This document shows, one piece after another, positions 44,013-44,689 of a stretch of 44,689 bases of DNA (position 1 is the stretch's first letter; each line of letters starts with the position of its first letter). This DNA is from Rickettsiales bacterium (GTDB lineage Bacteria; Pseudomonadota; Alphaproteobacteria; Rickettsiales; UBA998). The stretch spans positions 1-44,689 of the forward strand of contig JAIEPI010000115.1 in NCBI GenBank assembly GCA_019749855.1, written 5' to 3'. The notes under the pieces were generated by a model that searched no databases, was not told where the DNA came from, and worked only from the letters and a program-made list of their open reading frames with translations. Position numbers and translations under genes: made by a program.

Positions 44013-44689
44013 GCAGCCTGAGGTTACTGAGGTTGCGGTTATCTCTATTCCAACGGAAATCCGCAAATACCGCTTCATCGAGCCTGAGCAAATTGCTTTC
44101 CCTGTGCCAGAAGCGGATGCAAGCCCAGACGATAGTGCTGTGCAGATCACCATCTGCTTTTCGGAAGTGCCGATATCGCTGCTTTCTACCTTGAGCGCCG
44201 AAGACAATGCGCGGTTTATGACCGCAGACCAGATGCGCAGGCTTTCTGGCAACATCAAGAAAGATGGCGGCGCAACAAGTGCCGTGCTTGTCTATCCTGA
44301 CCATGAAACCAAAAAGCTCGTCGTGCTTTCTGGCAATCACCGCGTCGAAGCCGCAGTGCTGGCGGGCGAAGTCACCATGCCTGTCATGGTCGTGCAGTGC
44401 TACCTGACACCAGAGCGCAGACTTGCATTGCAGCTTTCGCATAATGCCATCACGGGGCAAGATGACCCAAACATCCTCGGCAAGCTCTACGAAACGCTGA
44501 CGATGGAATACAAAGCCTATTCTGGTTTAACGGATGATTCATTCAATCTGCTGGAAAAGCTGAATATCGACAGCCTTGCGATCGGCACACCGCAATATGA
44601 AGAAATCGTGCTGCAATTTCTGCCGCAGGAAAAAGAAGCGTTCATGGCGTATCTGGAACGCTTGGGCAAACCCAACGAAAAGAAAACCT
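43984..44689 (+). CDS. ParB-like N-terminal domain protein, 3'-partial (runs off the window; not in the ORF track)
   Basis: Hand-translated open frame from the ATG at 43984 with no stop to 44689. It reads ...NARFMTADQMRRLSGNIKKDGGATSAVLVYPDHETKKLVVLSGNHRVEAAVLAG..., a ParB/sulfiredoxin-type motif. Confidence 0.6.
   Translation, partial: MSSKNKKASEQPEVTEVAVISIPTEIRKYRFIEPEQIAFPVPEADASPDDSAVQITICFSEVPISLLSTLSAEDNARFMTADQMRRLSGNIKKDGGATSAVLVYPDHETKKLVVLSGNHRVEAAVLAGEVTMPVMVVQCYLTPERRLALQLSHNAITGQDDPNILGKLYETLTMEYKAYSGLTDDSFNLLEKLNIDSLAIGTPQYEEIVLQFLPQEKEAFMAYLERLGKPNEKKT

Larger units (their letters stand above)
20965..44689. mobile_element. large integrated element (temperate-phage-like early region plus plasmid/ICE-like ParB module), right end beyond the window
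   Basis: It starts at a tRNA-Leu fragment. It contains an integrase, recombination, immunity, replication, defence cargo and ParB modules, and the element-wide 12-mer box. No virion or conjugation genes are seen within the window. Confidence 0.7.

Noticed and set aside
44009-44194. 61-aa ORF-track entry at 44009 (MSSLRLLRLRL...)
   Set aside because: It is out of frame with the much longer open frame starting at 43984, which carries a ParB-type motif and continues to the window end.

Overview
This is a Gram-negative, proteobacterium-like window in four parts. All calls come from reading the sequence and the ORF track by eye, with no searches run; functions rest on recognisable motifs and boundaries are approximate.

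(1) Backbone, 1-9276. It holds two prepilin-type pilin-like paralogs, a divergent glutamine-synthetase-like protein, a UDG-family glycosylase and a YHS-domain protein. It also holds a translationally coupled PfkB kinase/CYTH pair and an alpha/beta hydrolase. Short intergenic repeats of a MITE/REP-like family are scattered through it.

(2) Island 1, about 9.1 kb (9277-18361). It is bracketed by an 18-nt direct repeat equal to the 3' end of a tRNA-Leu. It has a tyrosine integrase plus GGGACA arm-type repeats at its right end. Its cargo is two XRE regulators, a LuxI/FeeM-like GNAT acyltransferase, a heme-oxygenase-like (ExxH x2) protein, and a TonB-dependent receptor / YfiR-like / HAMP-sensor operon.

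(3) Integration hotspot. A truncated tRNA-Leu(CAA) 3' half with its terminator (18480-18572) is followed by a 2.3-kb integrase-less remnant (AhpD-like, TetR, DUF1348). A second, different tRNA-Leu(CAA) 3' half follows at 20909-20964.

(4) Large integrated element, 20965 to beyond the window end (>23.7 kb).
- P4-type integrase at the end of a lambda-PL-like leftward operon: Rad50-like ATPase, RecT, Cas4-like nuclease, Zn-finger protein.
- A CI-like repressor with GTAGCT-N5-AGCTAC operators.
- A replication-initiator-like gene containing 12-bp iterons.
- A defence cargo: GmrSD-type DUF262/DUF1524 protein plus a class II Fic protein.
- A plasmid/ICE establishment-like module: three ParB-domain proteins, two degenerate DNA-methyltransferase-like proteins, DUF488 and several small unknowns.

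The most unusual signal is a perfectly conserved sense-strand 12-mer, ACTACCACAACC. It sits at the 5' end of nine transcription units of the large element and nowhere else in the window. No rRNA, intact tRNA or CRISPR array was seen.
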